This document shows, piece by piece, positions 48,158-58,567 of a stretch of DNA of 64,000 nt (positions within the stretch are counted from its first letter, which is position 1; every line of letters begins with the position of its first letter). Below the pieces are notes generated by a model that did no database searches, was not told where the DNA came from, and saw only the letters and a list, made by a program, of their open reading frames with translations. This DNA is from a virus. The position numbers and the translations under genes are program-made. The stretch lies in the IMG/VR virus record IMGVR_UViG_3300011116_000925, positions 1 through 64,000 of that record. One strand, given 5' to 3'.

Positions 48158-49258
48158 TTATTCACTTGCTGGTGAAGAAGGTGGACTAGACGGTGAATTT
48201 CCACCACCAGATCCAGAACCAGATCCACCACTGAAAAATGCGCTTCCAATACCTACTGCTGCAATTCCTGCTCCTATTATAGGCAACGAAGATGCGGCGC
48301 CACCTAATGGATTGGTAATTTGTTGATTAAATTGTGGACCTGTAAACAATCCACCTGTATTAGCATTGAAAATATTATTATTGTTGGGTACTTTATTAGT
48401 CAATGGGCTTGGCGTTTTATCATAAATTAAATCAGCAAATCCAGGTGGAGTTCCCTTTTGAATATAACCAGTAGCATAGAGAACTCCACTGTAGCCAAAT
48501 GTAATACTAATATCTCTAGGATCAGCACTGGCTGCTTCCATTTCACCACTTTGCATAGACATAATCCAAGGATTCATAATACTATGCATGGTAAACATAC
48601 CCTTACTAAAATTGTAAAAATCAATTGCTAAAAAGAAATCTTTAAGAGTTCGTGTTTGAAATCCCCAATTATTATAATTTCGCACATCTTTAATTACATC
48701 TGGTGCGTATCCAGTTTTTCTCGGCACATTCGGATCACCATAAAAATACTTATAGTAGTTATTCCATAAATTAATTACGGTATTATTACTATCATCATGA
48801 AATACTATTGTTACAGGATCATATTTAATTCCAGTGAACACTGGAACCTTTTTATTGTATTGATTTTTTTCATCAGAAATCAAAGTAAATTTCGGAAGAT
48901 CAACATGCTTTGCTAATGTACCAAGCTGTCTAACTCGTATACCTTCAGAAGGGTCCCCAAATAAATTATTCAATAATCTATTTGGTGTATTCATAACATC
49001 AGTGATGGTGTTCAATACGCCCTGTATTTGACCTAATATATTATTTCCAAATCCATTGTTAGAACTATTTTGTTTTAATTCATTTATATTCTTCATTACA
49101 CTTGGATTAGGTCGAACCAAGACTGAATATAAATGCTTATGCTTTGGGACTAGTTGATAATAATTGTCAACGAATACTCTAGCAGCATGTTGATAATCCC
49201 GGAGACCGACATTCGGATCTATTGTGCCGGCCCCCCAAAAAGTATCTCCAAAAGCCAT
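48158..49258 (-). CDS. Tail-tube-fold baseplate protein (gp48/gp54-like)
   Basis: VDLPKF....NQYN...IKYDPV.I.FHDD; follows the tube gene. Confidence 0.65.
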   Translation of the reverse strand: MAFGDTFWGAGTIDPNVGLRDYQHAARVFVDNYYQLVPKHKHLYSVLVRPNPSVMKNINELKQNSSNNGFGNNILGQIQGVLNTITDVMNTPNRLLNNLFGDPSEGIRVRQLGTLAKHVDLPKFTLISDEKNQYNKKVPVFTGIKYDPVTIVFHDDSNNTVINLWNNYYKYFYGDPNVPRKTGYAPDVIKDVRNYNNWGFQTRTLKDFFLAIDFYNFSKGMFTMHSIMNPWIMSMQSGEMEAASADPRDISITFGYSGVLYATGYIQKGTPPGFADLIYDKTPSPLTNKVPNNNNIFNANTGGLFTGPQFNQQITNPLGGAASSLPIIGAGIAAVGIGSAFFSGGSGSGSGGGNSPSSPPSSPASE

Positions 49259-49264
49259 AAATTA

Positions 49265-49882
49265 TTAACCTGTTGATCCAGTTCCTACCGTACGAGTTAC
49301 CGCAGTACCAATTCCAGTTCCTACTGGAGTCTGTAGAGCATTATCAAATTGCACTGTTAATGAAATTGTTGCTGGTTCATTGCTTCCATAATTTAATTCA
49401 TTATAATTAGCTTCAGTAACATAACATCCATACAATTCCCATGTTTCTAAGGTATTTACGGTATCTGCACCGTTACCACCATCAAGAATTTCAATATGAG
49501 ACTGAAATTTATAATCAATACCACTTGCGGCACTAGCCTGTTCTGCAAAATCAAATTGTTTCTGTAATTGTTCACCAACTAAACGAGCAACATTATTTGT
49601 TACTTCATCCTTAACCTGAATGGTTATTGGATTCCAGGTATGTTTTCCAGCAATATTAATTTTACTGTTATAAACATCTAAAACAATGTTTTCAAACGTA
49701 ACCTGTGGACGGGTAACATCCATAATCTGTTTTGTTAATTCAGTACTTGGTTGTGTTACACCAAAACCAATAAAAGTTACTCTGAATCGATATTTTAACT
49801 TCGGCATCAAGAGACCTTGAGCACTAGCACTCTGATCACTGCTCAATGGGACTGACATTTTTGTCAAACTTGCAACTGCCAT
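49265..49882 (-). CDS. Tail tube protein (gp19-like)
   Basis: LLMPKLKYRFRV, RPQV.F, AGKHTW, WELYGC, ISLTVQFDNA; follows the sheath gene. Confidence 0.88.
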   Translation of the reverse strand: MAVASLTKMSVPLSSDQSASAQGLLMPKLKYRFRVTFIGFGVTQPSTELTKQIMDVTRPQVTFENIVLDVYNSKINIAGKHTWNPITIQVKDEVTNNVARLVGEQLQKQFDFAEQASAASGIDYKFQSHIEILDGGNGADTVNTLETWELYGCYVTEANYNELNYGSNEPATISLTVQFDNALQTPVGTGIGTAVTRTVGTGSTG

Positions 49883-49972
49883 TTATTTCTCCTCAATAAA
49901 GTTCATATAATTATTTATTGAAATAGATATTAAATCATTAAGTATATTGTTAATTCAATACCATAAGACATG

Positions 49973-49998
49973 GAAAAAGGTCCTGTAGGACCTTTTTC
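49973..49998. terminator. Rho-independent terminator after the sheath gene
   Basis: GAAAAAGGTCC-tgta-GGACCTTTTTC. Confidence 0.85.
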
Positions 49999-50008
49999 AT
50001 TTATCAAA

Positions 50009-53000
50009 TTATACCGCTTGAGCGCCATGTATTGTTCCAGTTGCCTTTAAGCGTATTGGAATGTAGATAAATTCGACTGCTCTAACTGGTTCAATGGCTA
50101 TATCTACCCAAAGTTCATTTCTATCAATTCTTGTTGGTGTATTATTACTCTCATCACAGACAACCAAGAAATCATATAATCCTCGTCGTGTTGTTAGATC
50201 ATTCATCATTCGATCAATGACACCTTTGATTTCACTTCTAGTGATTTTATCATTAGGTTCAAATATAAACGGACGACTTATAATATCTAGCTGCCTACGA
50301 AGATAAACAACCAACCTAGCTACGTTTACTCGATCTTCAGAAGTTTGTATTGCACTTAGTGTCTTCTGACCCATTGCAACTAAACCACTTCCTGGAATAA
50401 ACAACAATGGATTAATTTTAGAAGTATATAATGAATCTTCCTGTCCAGCAGTTAATCCAACTGGCTTAAATTCTCCATCTGTACTACTAACATATCCAAC
50501 ATTAACTAAGTTAGACAATATTCCTCGACGTAATCCTGCTGGCGCAAACCACTGTTCACCAACAGCATCATTATATGCAAATGTTCTCAACATTGCATGG
50601 CTTGCTGGTACCGCTACATTTGCTCCACTCAAACTAGTTGCATATCCATTAGGATAATATATAGAACTATATGTATAGGATATCGTCAATCCATCTTCAC
50701 CAGTTTCTGCAGCATTATTAGAATTATTGACCCAATTTAGAATATTAGTGGTGCTATTATCCAATCTCATTGGAGTTTCACCAATGATAAATGCTGTTTC
50801 TTTACGATCTATATTTAGATTTACTAGGTCCGGCATCAATTCAGGATATCCAGGAGCAGCAATTAAATTAAAGAACTTACTAGGATCTCTAATTTCATAA
50901 CTTGCATTTACTGCCGCTGCCAAAGCCTGTACAACACTGGCTCTCTGTGCCTTTCTAGCTCCATATAATGATCCATTGGCTTTCGTTCCACTATGTAATA
51001 CCCAACGATCCTGCCATTCTGGAAGATCATCACTCATTCTGGTATTTCCATCAGGATAATCATTTGGATTCAACAATGATGGTTTATATTGTCTAACTAC
51101 CATTCCACTAATACGAGTATTAAACAATAACATACCTCGTGGATACAATGTTGGATCTGGAGCATCCGGATCTAAATAATCAGATACCAATAAATCTGCT
51201 GGCAACACACTACCAGTTGTTTCACCAGTAGAATTTACTCTGGCATCATGAAATAGTATTCCTTGCATGGATGTTTGATCAGTATCATCTAATAAATTCC
51301 AATTTAGGCCATCATAACGATAAATTCTAGGATAATTATCCAAATCTGATGTATCCAACCATAAATCATTTGATACTAAACTTGTGTTATCGCTCTGTGT
51401 GGATGGTTTACTTGCTGCAACAATCACACCACCTGGATCTGTTGTAGCATTTGCAGATATATTCTTATATCCTACCCATGTCGTTCCATTATGTTGCATT
51501 ATATCAATTGAACTGATATTTGTATCATACCATAATGTATTTGCATCTGGATTGCTCGTAGGAGTTGCTGCACTTGCTTCATATGAAAGCAATGACCAAT
51601 TACTATAAGTTCCCGCATCAATTCCTGCTGCTGCCAATGGATTTCCAGTTCCTTCTGCCAACACAATTTCATCACCAATTGAATTTCTTATTTCAATTGC
51701 ACCTGATGTCAATACAATTGCTGTGACATGTGAAACATTGGCAGCACTGACTGCTGTCACGAAATCTGCTGCTGTGTTTCCTCCAATAGTCACTGTTGAT
51801 CCATTTAATGTAAATGTATGTCCAGATGTTACTGAAGGACTAGTATCAGTTCCAGTAACTGCATTAGGAACATTTCCTTCCCAATATTTTATTTTGAAAC
51901 TTCCCGTTGAATCATTTGAAACGTCATAATCAACATAAATTACACCAGTAACTATATTACTAGCGTCTCCAGATCCTTCATATGCGGTAATTGCCGCTGC
52001 ATTATTTGCATACAACGGAGCCTGCATTGTCACCCACGAACCAGCCACGCTATCATATTTCTTAACCACAAATTTTCCACCTAGATTTGGTGATGTAGTT
52101 TTAATCCACAAGCTACCATCTGGTCTTGGACTTGAATCTGTAGAAAAATATTGTGGAATCTGTGTATGAGTTGCATAAGTTAAAATTGGCTTACGATAAG
52201 TTTTAGCAGTAATATGAAGTTGAGTTAACAAACCTCCGTTACTTCCACCACCTATTACAACATCAAGGCTTTCACTATAAATTTCTAATTTATTGTTTAC
52301 AACTGCCGCAGTAATACCTGCTGTACTTAAAGTAGAATTAAGATTAATTACTGAAACTAATCCTGAGCTCAATGACGTTCCTGTCGTTGTAATTGTTGTT
52401 CCATTGATAACCAGATCAACTGCACTCGTTATGGTTGATACCGTAGCAGTGCTTTTGACTGTAGCCCATTTTGATCTCCAGTCATTGCTTCCAACTTGAT
52501 ACCAAGCGTTATCAGATGCTTTGTAAAATACTTTATTATCAGTTGAAGTTGTATTAATTGCATAACTTCCAATAGTTCCATAACTTCCAATAGGAGTTCC
52601 AGTGTCAATATAACTGGAATCTGTAATTAATAACGGTACCTTATTTTTAAATACTTGATTTGCGGCATCCCATTCAAAAATTCCAAACAAACTGTTTGAT
52701 AAATCAAACCAATAAGTCCCATTTACTGGAATTCCCACTGGAGCAGATGCTGATCCAGCTAATTGTGCTAAATCTATATCTGCTCGCTGAATATATGCAC
52801 TGTTACTCAATCCTAAGTAACTATATGCTGCAAATAATCCATATTCACTAACTTCACTGCCTTGAACCACGGTATTAAAACCATCTACTTGAAAAGTTGG
52901 AATTCCAAATGTTTCAGTAAGTTCTCTCTGGCTACCAATTTTATAAAGCTTAGTTGCATTCGCTGGTAATGTACCTTGTGCAAGGCTACTACCACTTGCC

Positions 53001-53116
53001 GCAGTTTTATTTGCAGATGTTGCAACTAGAATATAAGGTATCGTGCCTGGTTCTCCAGGTACGTAGACAGAATCGTCTATAACTGTAATTTGTGTTCCTG
53101 GACTCAATAATGCCAT
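50009..53116 (-). CDS. Contractile tail sheath protein (gp18-like) with large insertions
   Basis: MALLSPG start with AGGAG RBS; WFAPAG.RRG, INP, GQKT, DRVNVARL, FEPND, VCDESNNTP, EFIYIP. Confidence 0.95.
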   Translation of the reverse strand: MALLSPGTQITVIDDSVYVPGEPGTIPYILVATSANKTAASGSSLAQGTLPANATKLYKIGSQRELTETFGIPTFQVDGFNTVVQGSEVSEYGLFAAYSYLGLSNSAYIQRADIDLAQLAGSASAPVGIPVNGTYWFDLSNSLFGIFEWDAANQVFKNKVPLLITDSSYIDTGTPIGSYGTIGSYAINTTSTDNKVFYKASDNAWYQVGSNDWRSKWATVKSTATVSTITSAVDLVINGTTITTTGTSLSSGLVSVINLNSTLSTAGITAAVVNNKLEIYSESLDVVIGGGSNGGLLTQLHITAKTYRKPILTYATHTQIPQYFSTDSSPRPDGSLWIKTTSPNLGGKFVVKKYDSVAGSWVTMQAPLYANNAAAITAYEGSGDASNIVTGVIYVDYDVSNDSTGSFKIKYWEGNVPNAVTGTDTSPSVTSGHTFTLNGSTVTIGGNTAADFVTAVSAANVSHVTAIVLTSGAIEIRNSIGDEIVLAEGTGNPLAAAGIDAGTYSNWSLLSYEASAATPTSNPDANTLWYDTNISSIDIMQHNGTTWVGYKNISANATTDPGGVIVAASKPSTQSDNTSLVSNDLWLDTSDLDNYPRIYRYDGLNWNLLDDTDQTSMQGILFHDARVNSTGETTGSVLPADLLVSDYLDPDAPDPTLYPRGMLLFNTRISGMVVRQYKPSLLNPNDYPDGNTRMSDDLPEWQDRWVLHSGTKANGSLYGARKAQRASVVQALAAAVNASYEIRDPSKFFNLIAAPGYPELMPDLVNLNIDRKETAFIIGETPMRLDNSTTNILNWVNNSNNAAETGEDGLTISYTYSSIYYPNGYATSLSGANVAVPASHAMLRTFAYNDAVGEQWFAPAGLRRGILSNLVNVGYVSSTDGEFKPVGLTAGQEDSLYTSKINPLLFIPGSGLVAMGQKTLSAIQTSEDRVNVARLVVYLRRQLDIISRPFIFEPNDKITRSEIKGVIDRMMNDLTTRRGLYDFLVVCDESNNTPTRIDRNELWVDIAIEPVRAVEFIYIPIRLKATGTIHGAQAV

Positions 53117-53220
53117 CGTATTAAAACTCCTAATAGTATATTGATATTTAGCTAAACCCATCAATTTAACTCTTCTTAAGTTATTTTCTATGACCTTTAA
53201 AAAAGATATTAAATAAGAGT

Positions 53221-53556
53221 ATGAGACCTAAATGTTTAATCTGTAATAATCCCAAGGCAATAAATTATAGAAAAAACAATAAAACCTATTACAGAAAAAC
53301 ATGTAATAGATGTATGGTCAATTCAGACAAAAAGAAACCTCTTCATTGGGAACGAAGCGGTTATAAGAAAAAATTAATATGTGATAGATGTGGATATAGA
53401 GCTAAAAATTTAATTCAACTTGATGTCTTTCATATTGATGGCGATTTACGCAATTGTAAGATAGGAAATCTTAAAACAATTTGTGCAAATTGTCAACGAG
53501 TATTTGGAACCATAGAACATTCATGGAAAACTGGTGATTTAATTCCTGATATGTGA
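53221..53556 (+). CDS. Zn-finger/HNH-like protein
   Basis: Four CxxC pairs; HIDGD..N....NL.T.CANC. Confidence 0.75.
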   Translation: MRPKCLICNNPKAINYRKNNKTYYRKTCNRCMVNSDKKKPLHWERSGYKKKLICDRCGYRAKNLIQLDVFHIDGDLRNCKIGNLKTICANCQRVFGTIEHSWKTGDLIPDM

Positions 53557-54174
53557 TAACATGATTTGATCGATAGATGAATGCAAATCTGATATGGTTT
53601 TGTTATTTTCAATGTGATATTTGTGTGGATGAATTATCCATTCATATTCACTAGCATGTACTTCTGGATAATATAATGTCATATGCCGTCGTAAATCCTT
53701 TATATCATCATATTCCAAAGTTGCCCATTCTGGATCTGGACCGCGACGAACACGTATTGTGGCTCCTCCTAATTTTTCGATCATATTGATCTCATTTTGA
53801 AATCTACAATCACTCATGACAAATTTACCATGAATCTCACCTAATAGATCATATTCTAAACTCGCAATCCAGATATCATCATGAAATCCTCGACGAGCTA
53901 CTTCTGTCCCCCATTTTTGTAACGCGATTCGTGGTGAAAATCCTGGCATATTCAATCTTTTTGCCCACCAGGTATCTTCTTGTTCTCTCCAATCTCGGCT
54001 TTCTTTAGAATCACCTTCTAATAATTTTCTAGGCCAATGAAAAATATGAGATACTGCATCTTTTAATGGATCTGCAAAACTCACTTGTTTATAATTATAA
54101 TTATCAACTAGATATTTGGCCACGGTGTCTTTACCACTGCCAATATATCCAACAATACCAAATATTTGAAGCAT
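53539..54174 (-). CDS. Deoxynucleoside monophosphate kinase (T4 gp1-like)
   Basis: GYIGSGKDT, SFADPLK, PR..LQ..GTE, DCRF.NE, HASE. Confidence 0.9.
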   Translation of the reverse strand: MLQIFGIVGYIGSGKDTVAKYLVDNYNYKQVSFADPLKDAVSHIFHWPRKLLEGDSKESRDWREQEDTWWAKRLNMPGFSPRIALQKWGTEVARRGFHDDIWIASLEYDLLGEIHGKFVMSDCRFQNEINMIEKLGGATIRVRRGPDPEWATLEYDDIKDLRRHMTLYYPEVHASEYEWIIHPHKYHIENNKTISDLHSSIDQIMLSHIRN

Positions 54175-54215
54175 ACTGGTATTATACTGATTAGACTTCA
54201 GTCTTGTCTATATTT

Positions 54216-54695
54216 TTATGGATGTAATAGTAATTTTGAAAACAAATTTTTGAATTGAGGATTGTTTGCATCACCTAAATACCATGCAACCGTAAGCTCT
54301 GGTCTCACACATGCTACCTGTTTTGCATTGATATACTTTCCATCAAATCCAGGAATCTTACAGAATTTAAAGAATTCAAATTCATCAGCATTCATAATAA
54401 ACGGATAAGATGGATCAATAATTTCATCATACAGAAAATCTAAATCTTTGGCTAAATTTGCAAAAATTTTGATCTGTTTAATATCTGCATGTTCAGCAGC
54501 AAGTGTAATTGTGGTGTTAAAATTAGATGCGCCTTGGGAATTTCCTAGACTAAGATATTTCTTAACCAATGGATGTTTGGCATATTTGGTACCCATTTGG
54601 AATCCAGCATGATGCGCTTGGGCCATTCCTTTTCCTGAATTCATACTTTGTAAATCAGTTCTAACCAAAATATAGGCCACAATATTTTCAACCAA
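54216..54695 (-). CDS. Peptidyl-tRNA hydrolase 2-like protein
   Basis: YILVRTDL..M..GK..AQA.HA, T..L, I.DP, final L.L; GAGGAG RBS with TTG start. Confidence 0.65.
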   Translation of the reverse strand: MVENIVAYILVRTDLQSMNSGKGMAQAHHAGFQMGTKYAKHPLVKKYLSLGNSQGASNFNTTITLAAEHADIKQIKIFANLAKDLDFLYDEIIDPSYPFIMNADEFEFFKFCKIPGFDGKYINAKQVACVRPELTVAWYLGDANNPQFKNLFSKLLLHP

Positions 54696-54747
54696 ATTGT
54701 ATCTCCTCTATATGGATAGTAACATAATTTAGAATTAATACAACAAA

Positions 54748-55188
54748 TTATTTAGGCAATGGAGTCATAATTCGTCTACGGACATCATCCAATTTTCGTT
54801 CAGCTTCTTTGACATCTCTTTCATATAGATTTAATTGATCTAACATTGAATCTGGAATCGTAGTATTTTGATTTCTTAAAATTTCAATTTGATGTTGAAT
54901 TTTGTTCCATTTATCAGCTTGTTCATTTCTAACATGTTGATAAAAAGACAATTCTATATAATTAATATGATTCATAGTCTTTAGAACTTCACTATAGAAT
55001 GCTAATCTGGGAAGATTCAAATTATCCCATTGTGATATCACGGTAAAAATACTGGCTACCGCTGCCGCAATACTTCCTATCATAATTATTTTGCTTTTAA
55101 AATACTCAAAAGCTCTAACTAATGGAGTCTTAATTATTTCATCTGTAGGATTTTCTGATTTCTTTCTATGTCTAGTTGTTGGCATCAA
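54748..55188 (-). CDS. Membrane-anchored coiled-coil protein (possible lysis accessory)
   Basis: One TM segment followed by a coiled coil. Confidence 0.5.
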   Translation of the reverse strand: MMPTTRHRKKSENPTDEIIKTPLVRAFEYFKSKIIMIGSIAAAVASIFTVISQWDNLNLPRLAFYSEVLKTMNHINYIELSFYQHVRNEQADKWNKIQHQIEILRNQNTTIPDSMLDQLNLYERDVKEAERKLDDVRRRIMTPLPK

Positions 55189-55189
55189 A

Positions 55190-55939
55190 TTAACCTATCA
55201 CGAAGGTTAGTGGTTTTGAACCTTCCGCATATTTGTGTAGTTCATCTTCCATACGTTCAATCAATGCCTGGCCTTCAGCCTTTAAAGCCGTTCCATTTAA
55301 TGTGGTACCACCTTGTGGTCCAGGAGTGCTTCCAAATTTTTCTCTAGCTTCTCCTATCATTATCTTTGCAATTCCTAATGAATAATCCTTGATCCAAGGA
55401 GATGCATATATATCCTGTAATATGGTTTCATCTGGGCGATAATTATCTAACCATAATAATACATTTTCAAGTGCATGTATATTTCTATTGATTACTAGTT
55501 TTTTAGTCTGTGAATCATATGTGAATACAATATTTCCACCAAACATTCTGCCAACCAACTTTGTATATTGAACAAACATATCATATGTAGCTAATCCACC
55601 TATTCTACCACCCTGTAACAAATACAAATTACTATAAGCAGATGAAAATGGATCAAAATTAGTTGACCCTTGACCAGAGGCCATTCCTCCCCATGATCGT
55701 CTATAAATCGCTCTAACATTCATAATGAGTGGATCAAGAACATATAGGTTTTGATTTGGTTGTAAATCTAAAAACCCATAACTTTCTTCCATACTATTTG
55801 AACTGAGCTGACGATATTTACTTATAGCTTTACCTAAGGCAACTTCATAATGAATTGGATCTAATTCCACCTCCACCATTCCACCACCTAGCATTGCTTT
55901 TACATAATCATAGACATCTTTTTTTAAATCTATAGCCAT
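55190..55939 (-). CDS. Neck protein (T4 gp13-like)
   Basis: LGGGMVEVEL, WIKDY, IGEAREKF...PGPQGGTTLNG; CTAAATA 4 nt before ATG 55939. Confidence 0.85.
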   Translation of the reverse strand: MAIDLKKDVYDYVKAMLGGGMVEVELDPIHYEVALGKAISKYRQLSSNSMEESYGFLDLQPNQNLYVLDPLIMNVRAIYRRSWGGMASGQGSTNFDPFSSAYSNLYLLQGGRIGGLATYDMFVQYTKLVGRMFGGNIVFTYDSQTKKLVINRNIHALENVLLWLDNYRPDETILQDIYASPWIKDYSLGIAKIMIGEAREKFGSTPGPQGGTTLNGTALKAEGQALIERMEDELHKYAEGSKPLTFVIG

Positions 55940-55946
55940 ATCATAT

Positions 55947-56267
55947 TTAGTATGGTCGTAAATTTTCTCTATCACTATATTTGATGTCTATGAATAACGA
56001 ATCAATTTCATATATCATACCATTGACTCGTTTCTTAAACGAGATATAATTATATTCATCATTCAACTGAAATCCACCAATAGGTGGTATCCATACTCTA
56101 GATTTAGTTGATTCATTATTTGATTCCATGGGAATTTCATTTTCAAACCAACCAGTTCTCCAAACACCTTGATAATTTATCAAGTAAGTTTTGGTATTAA
56201 AATCTATAAGTTTCGCAAATTCTTCATAATGATCTGGTAATTTAATTTCTTTTAAATTTACCTCCAT
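55947..56267 (-). CDS. Small hypothetical protein, paralog set C
   Basis: TYLI...WRTGWF...IYEID. Confidence 0.6.
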   Translation of the reverse strand: MEVNLKEIKLPDHYEEFAKLIDFNTKTYLINYQGVWRTGWFENEIPMESNNESTKSRVWIPPIGGFQLNDEYNYISFKKRVNGMIYEIDSLFIDIKYSDRENLRPY

Positions 56268-56608
56268 CTACGTGAACCCATACCACTATCATAATCAGAA
56301 TATCCAGATTTGATAGCAGAAAATAGATCATCTAGCTCGTAAATGTCTAAAATTTTGGATAAATCTGAATCAGATCTGAGTTTCGTAGATACATAGGTGA
56401 TTGGAGTGATCATTTGAAAAAATCCCTCATAGAAATCCATCTTAAATTGAACCACTGCAGGTCCATCCTTAGTTCTAAGGAAATAGACTTTTTTCATATC
56501 AACCATTTTAAGCAATTCTAATAGAGTATCAGGCTTTTTAAGTTTATGGAGTGTTAGGAAATCTCCAGAATTTGACGGTTCGTTATCATCTTCATCAATA
56601 TGTGACAT
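56258..56608 (-). CDS. Small hypothetical protein, paralog set C
   Basis: YFLRT...FKMDFYEGFF...SDL..I..IYELDDLFSAIKS. Confidence 0.65.
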   Translation of the reverse strand: MSHIDEDDNEPSNSGDFLTLHKLKKPDTLLELLKMVDMKKVYFLRTKDGPAVVQFKMDFYEGFFQMITPITYVSTKLRSDSDLSKILDIYELDDLFSAIKSGYSDYDSGMGSRRWR

Positions 56609-56889
56609 TACAAATCCTCCGATTTCTTAATTGAATACAACGTGTCATCAATAATAAAGGCACAAGAAATAGATTTCAAATCAGATTCATATCTAATTCT
56701 CCAAAGGTCTCCATTGCTTTCCATAAAACCAAATAGACCACTAGAAAAATCCATCTTAAATTTTCCAACTCTCCATCGGTCACCTGTTCGAAGAAGATAT
56801 GTTGTTCCTACTTCAAATCCTCGAAAACAGTCAAGCAAAGTTTCTCCGAGTACCACTGGTTTAAATCTAAAAAGATCACTATTATTCAT
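56608..56889 (-). CDS. Small hypothetical protein, paralog set C
   Basis: YLLRT...FKMDFSSGLF...SDL..I...F.IDD.LYSIKK. Confidence 0.65.
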   Translation of the reverse strand: MNNSDLFRFKPVVLGETLLDCFRGFEVGTTYLLRTGDRWRVGKFKMDFSSGLFGFMESNGDLWRIRYESDLKSISCAFIIDDTLYSIKKSEDL

Positions 56890-57992
56890 TATTTAAATGC
56901 CTTCAGAATTAGGGTTTCTAGTGTCAGACGACCTCGACATTTTTGTTCAGTTGCCTTGATTGCCTTAATTTCTTTTTCTGCCTGTGTAAACTTATTATGA
57001 GTTCTAATAACTTTAAGTTGCTGATCAGGCTTTCGAAGTGTTTTCCTAAAACTAACATTAGGATCAAAATCCTGAATTTTAGTTCCCTTAATTGTCAATA
57101 CTCCACCGACCTTAGCCATATAGACTTCGATCTTTCGATATTTGACATTATATACGAGAACAGATGTTGAACCCACAATTTCAACTGGATTAATACCAAC
57201 CACATTGAGTTTATCATCTCGGCTCAGATATTTTACCTTTCGAACCAATTCAGATGCAGTCTTAACCTTCTTCTTTCGTGCAGGACGACCAGCCTTAGTA
57301 TTGGCCTTAAGATTATCGAGCTCACTTAACAAAGAAACATACCATTCCTTTGCCAATCTAATTCTCTTTCTATTCCAGTTTGAATAAGATTCTGTGACTT
57401 GATCATCCTTTCCAATCAATTCCAATTCATCTAGATGTCTCTTGTAATAATTCTTAACTACGTTAGTATGAATAGCCGATTGACGAAGAAGCTGTCCAGG
57501 ATTATCCCATTTCTCTACATCAATCATATCATCCAAAGTTGCAATAAGATTATCGGTGGCTGTTTTCATTCTTTCACCAGGACTGATCTTCTTTTCTGAT
57601 TTCAAAATTTCTACAGAAGTTGGATCATTCAAATAACTGGTCGTAATATCATCCCAACGAACCTTATATCTTTCAATTGTGTCCTTGCTTAGATTTGCGC
57701 CCCCCATCCAAATCCAGGCAATTTTTCCAACATTCAAAAATGCCGTATCCTTGATGCCAGAATATCCTTCATGTGGCAAATTAAACATTTTTGCGGCATC
57801 CAAAGCAAATCTCTTTAGATCCTTAGTATCAAATACTGCATTTGCCCAATTCAAAGCCTCACCAAATTTTGATTCGTAATCTGTTCGAGTACAATCAATT
57901 TCTGCCAATAGTGGTTCATTCCCATATGCTTTGATAATATCAGCAGCATATCGAATCTTTCGACCAGTATTTGATTTCTTTCCGCGAGCCAT
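56889..57992 (-). CDS. Hypothetical T4-like phage protein
   Basis: VKY...INP.EIVG....VYN.KYRK...IKGT.I..FD...S..KTLRKP...GRL...T.ILK. Confidence 0.75.
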   Translation of the reverse strand: MARGKKSNTGRKIRYAADIIKAYGNEPLLAEIDCTRTDYESKFGEALNWANAVFDTKDLKRFALDAAKMFNLPHEGYSGIKDTAFLNVGKIAWIWMGGANLSKDTIERYKVRWDDITTSYLNDPTSVEILKSEKKISPGERMKTATDNLIATLDDMIDVEKWDNPGQLLRQSAIHTNVVKNYYKRHLDELELIGKDDQVTESYSNWNRKRIRLAKEWYVSLLSELDNLKANTKAGRPARKKKVKTASELVRKVKYLSRDDKLNVVGINPVEIVGSTSVLVYNVKYRKIEVYMAKVGGVLTIKGTKIQDFDPNVSFRKTLRKPDQQLKVIRTHNKFTQAEKEIKAIKATEQKCRGRLTLETLILKAFK

Positions 57993-58301
57993 TTAATATT
58001 CCTTTATAATTCCATGACCATGATATTGCGTGGTTCGTTGCACGCCACATGACGTATAATAATTAGCTACCACATCATTCCATCTGAGTACAAAAAAAGT
58101 ATATGCTGTTTCATTTAAAAAATCAACACGAAATTTATCAGTAGGTTTTGGATGTCTCCATTTCACACTATATTCAGATAAATCATAGGTATCAATTAAC
58201 CATTTATTCATTCTACGCATTATTTGATTGGCTCCATTTTTATCTTGCCAACATGCATAGAAATAATATGAATAGGTATATTTTGGAATATTAAATTTCA
58301 T
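57993..58301 (-). CDS. Small FxLxW-family protein
   Basis: NKWLIDTY...VDFLNETAYTFFVLRW. Confidence 0.7.
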   Translation of the reverse strand: MKFNIPKYTYSYYFYACWQDKNGANQIMRRMNKWLIDTYDLSEYSVKWRHPKPTDKFRVDFLNETAYTFFVLRWNDVVANYYTSCGVQRTTQYHGHGIIKEY

Positions 58302-58567
58302 TTTATGCTTGTGAATTTATCATGCCATGCCAATAGAAACATAGATAGGTATTCTTGTGATTTGAACCTAAAGCAATCTACAATATACCACTCAGAATTT
58401 ATTTTTGTTTCAGTTGCAATAGAATGAATTCGAGTCTTAAATCCATAATTGCCAAATTGTTTCAAACACCAATTTTCTGCAGCAATTAATGTATATGTGA
58501 AATTTGTATTACCATATGAAAAATATCCAAATGGGACCTTAAGGTTATATCCAAATCGATATTTCAT
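58298..58567 (-). CDS. Small FxLxW-family protein
   Basis: NWCLKQFG...FRFKSQEYLSMFLLAW. Confidence 0.7.
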   Translation of the reverse strand: MKYRFGYNLKVPFGYFSYGNTNFTYTLIAAENWCLKQFGNYGFKTRIHSIATETKINSEWYIVDCFRFKSQEYLSMFLLAWHDKFTSIK

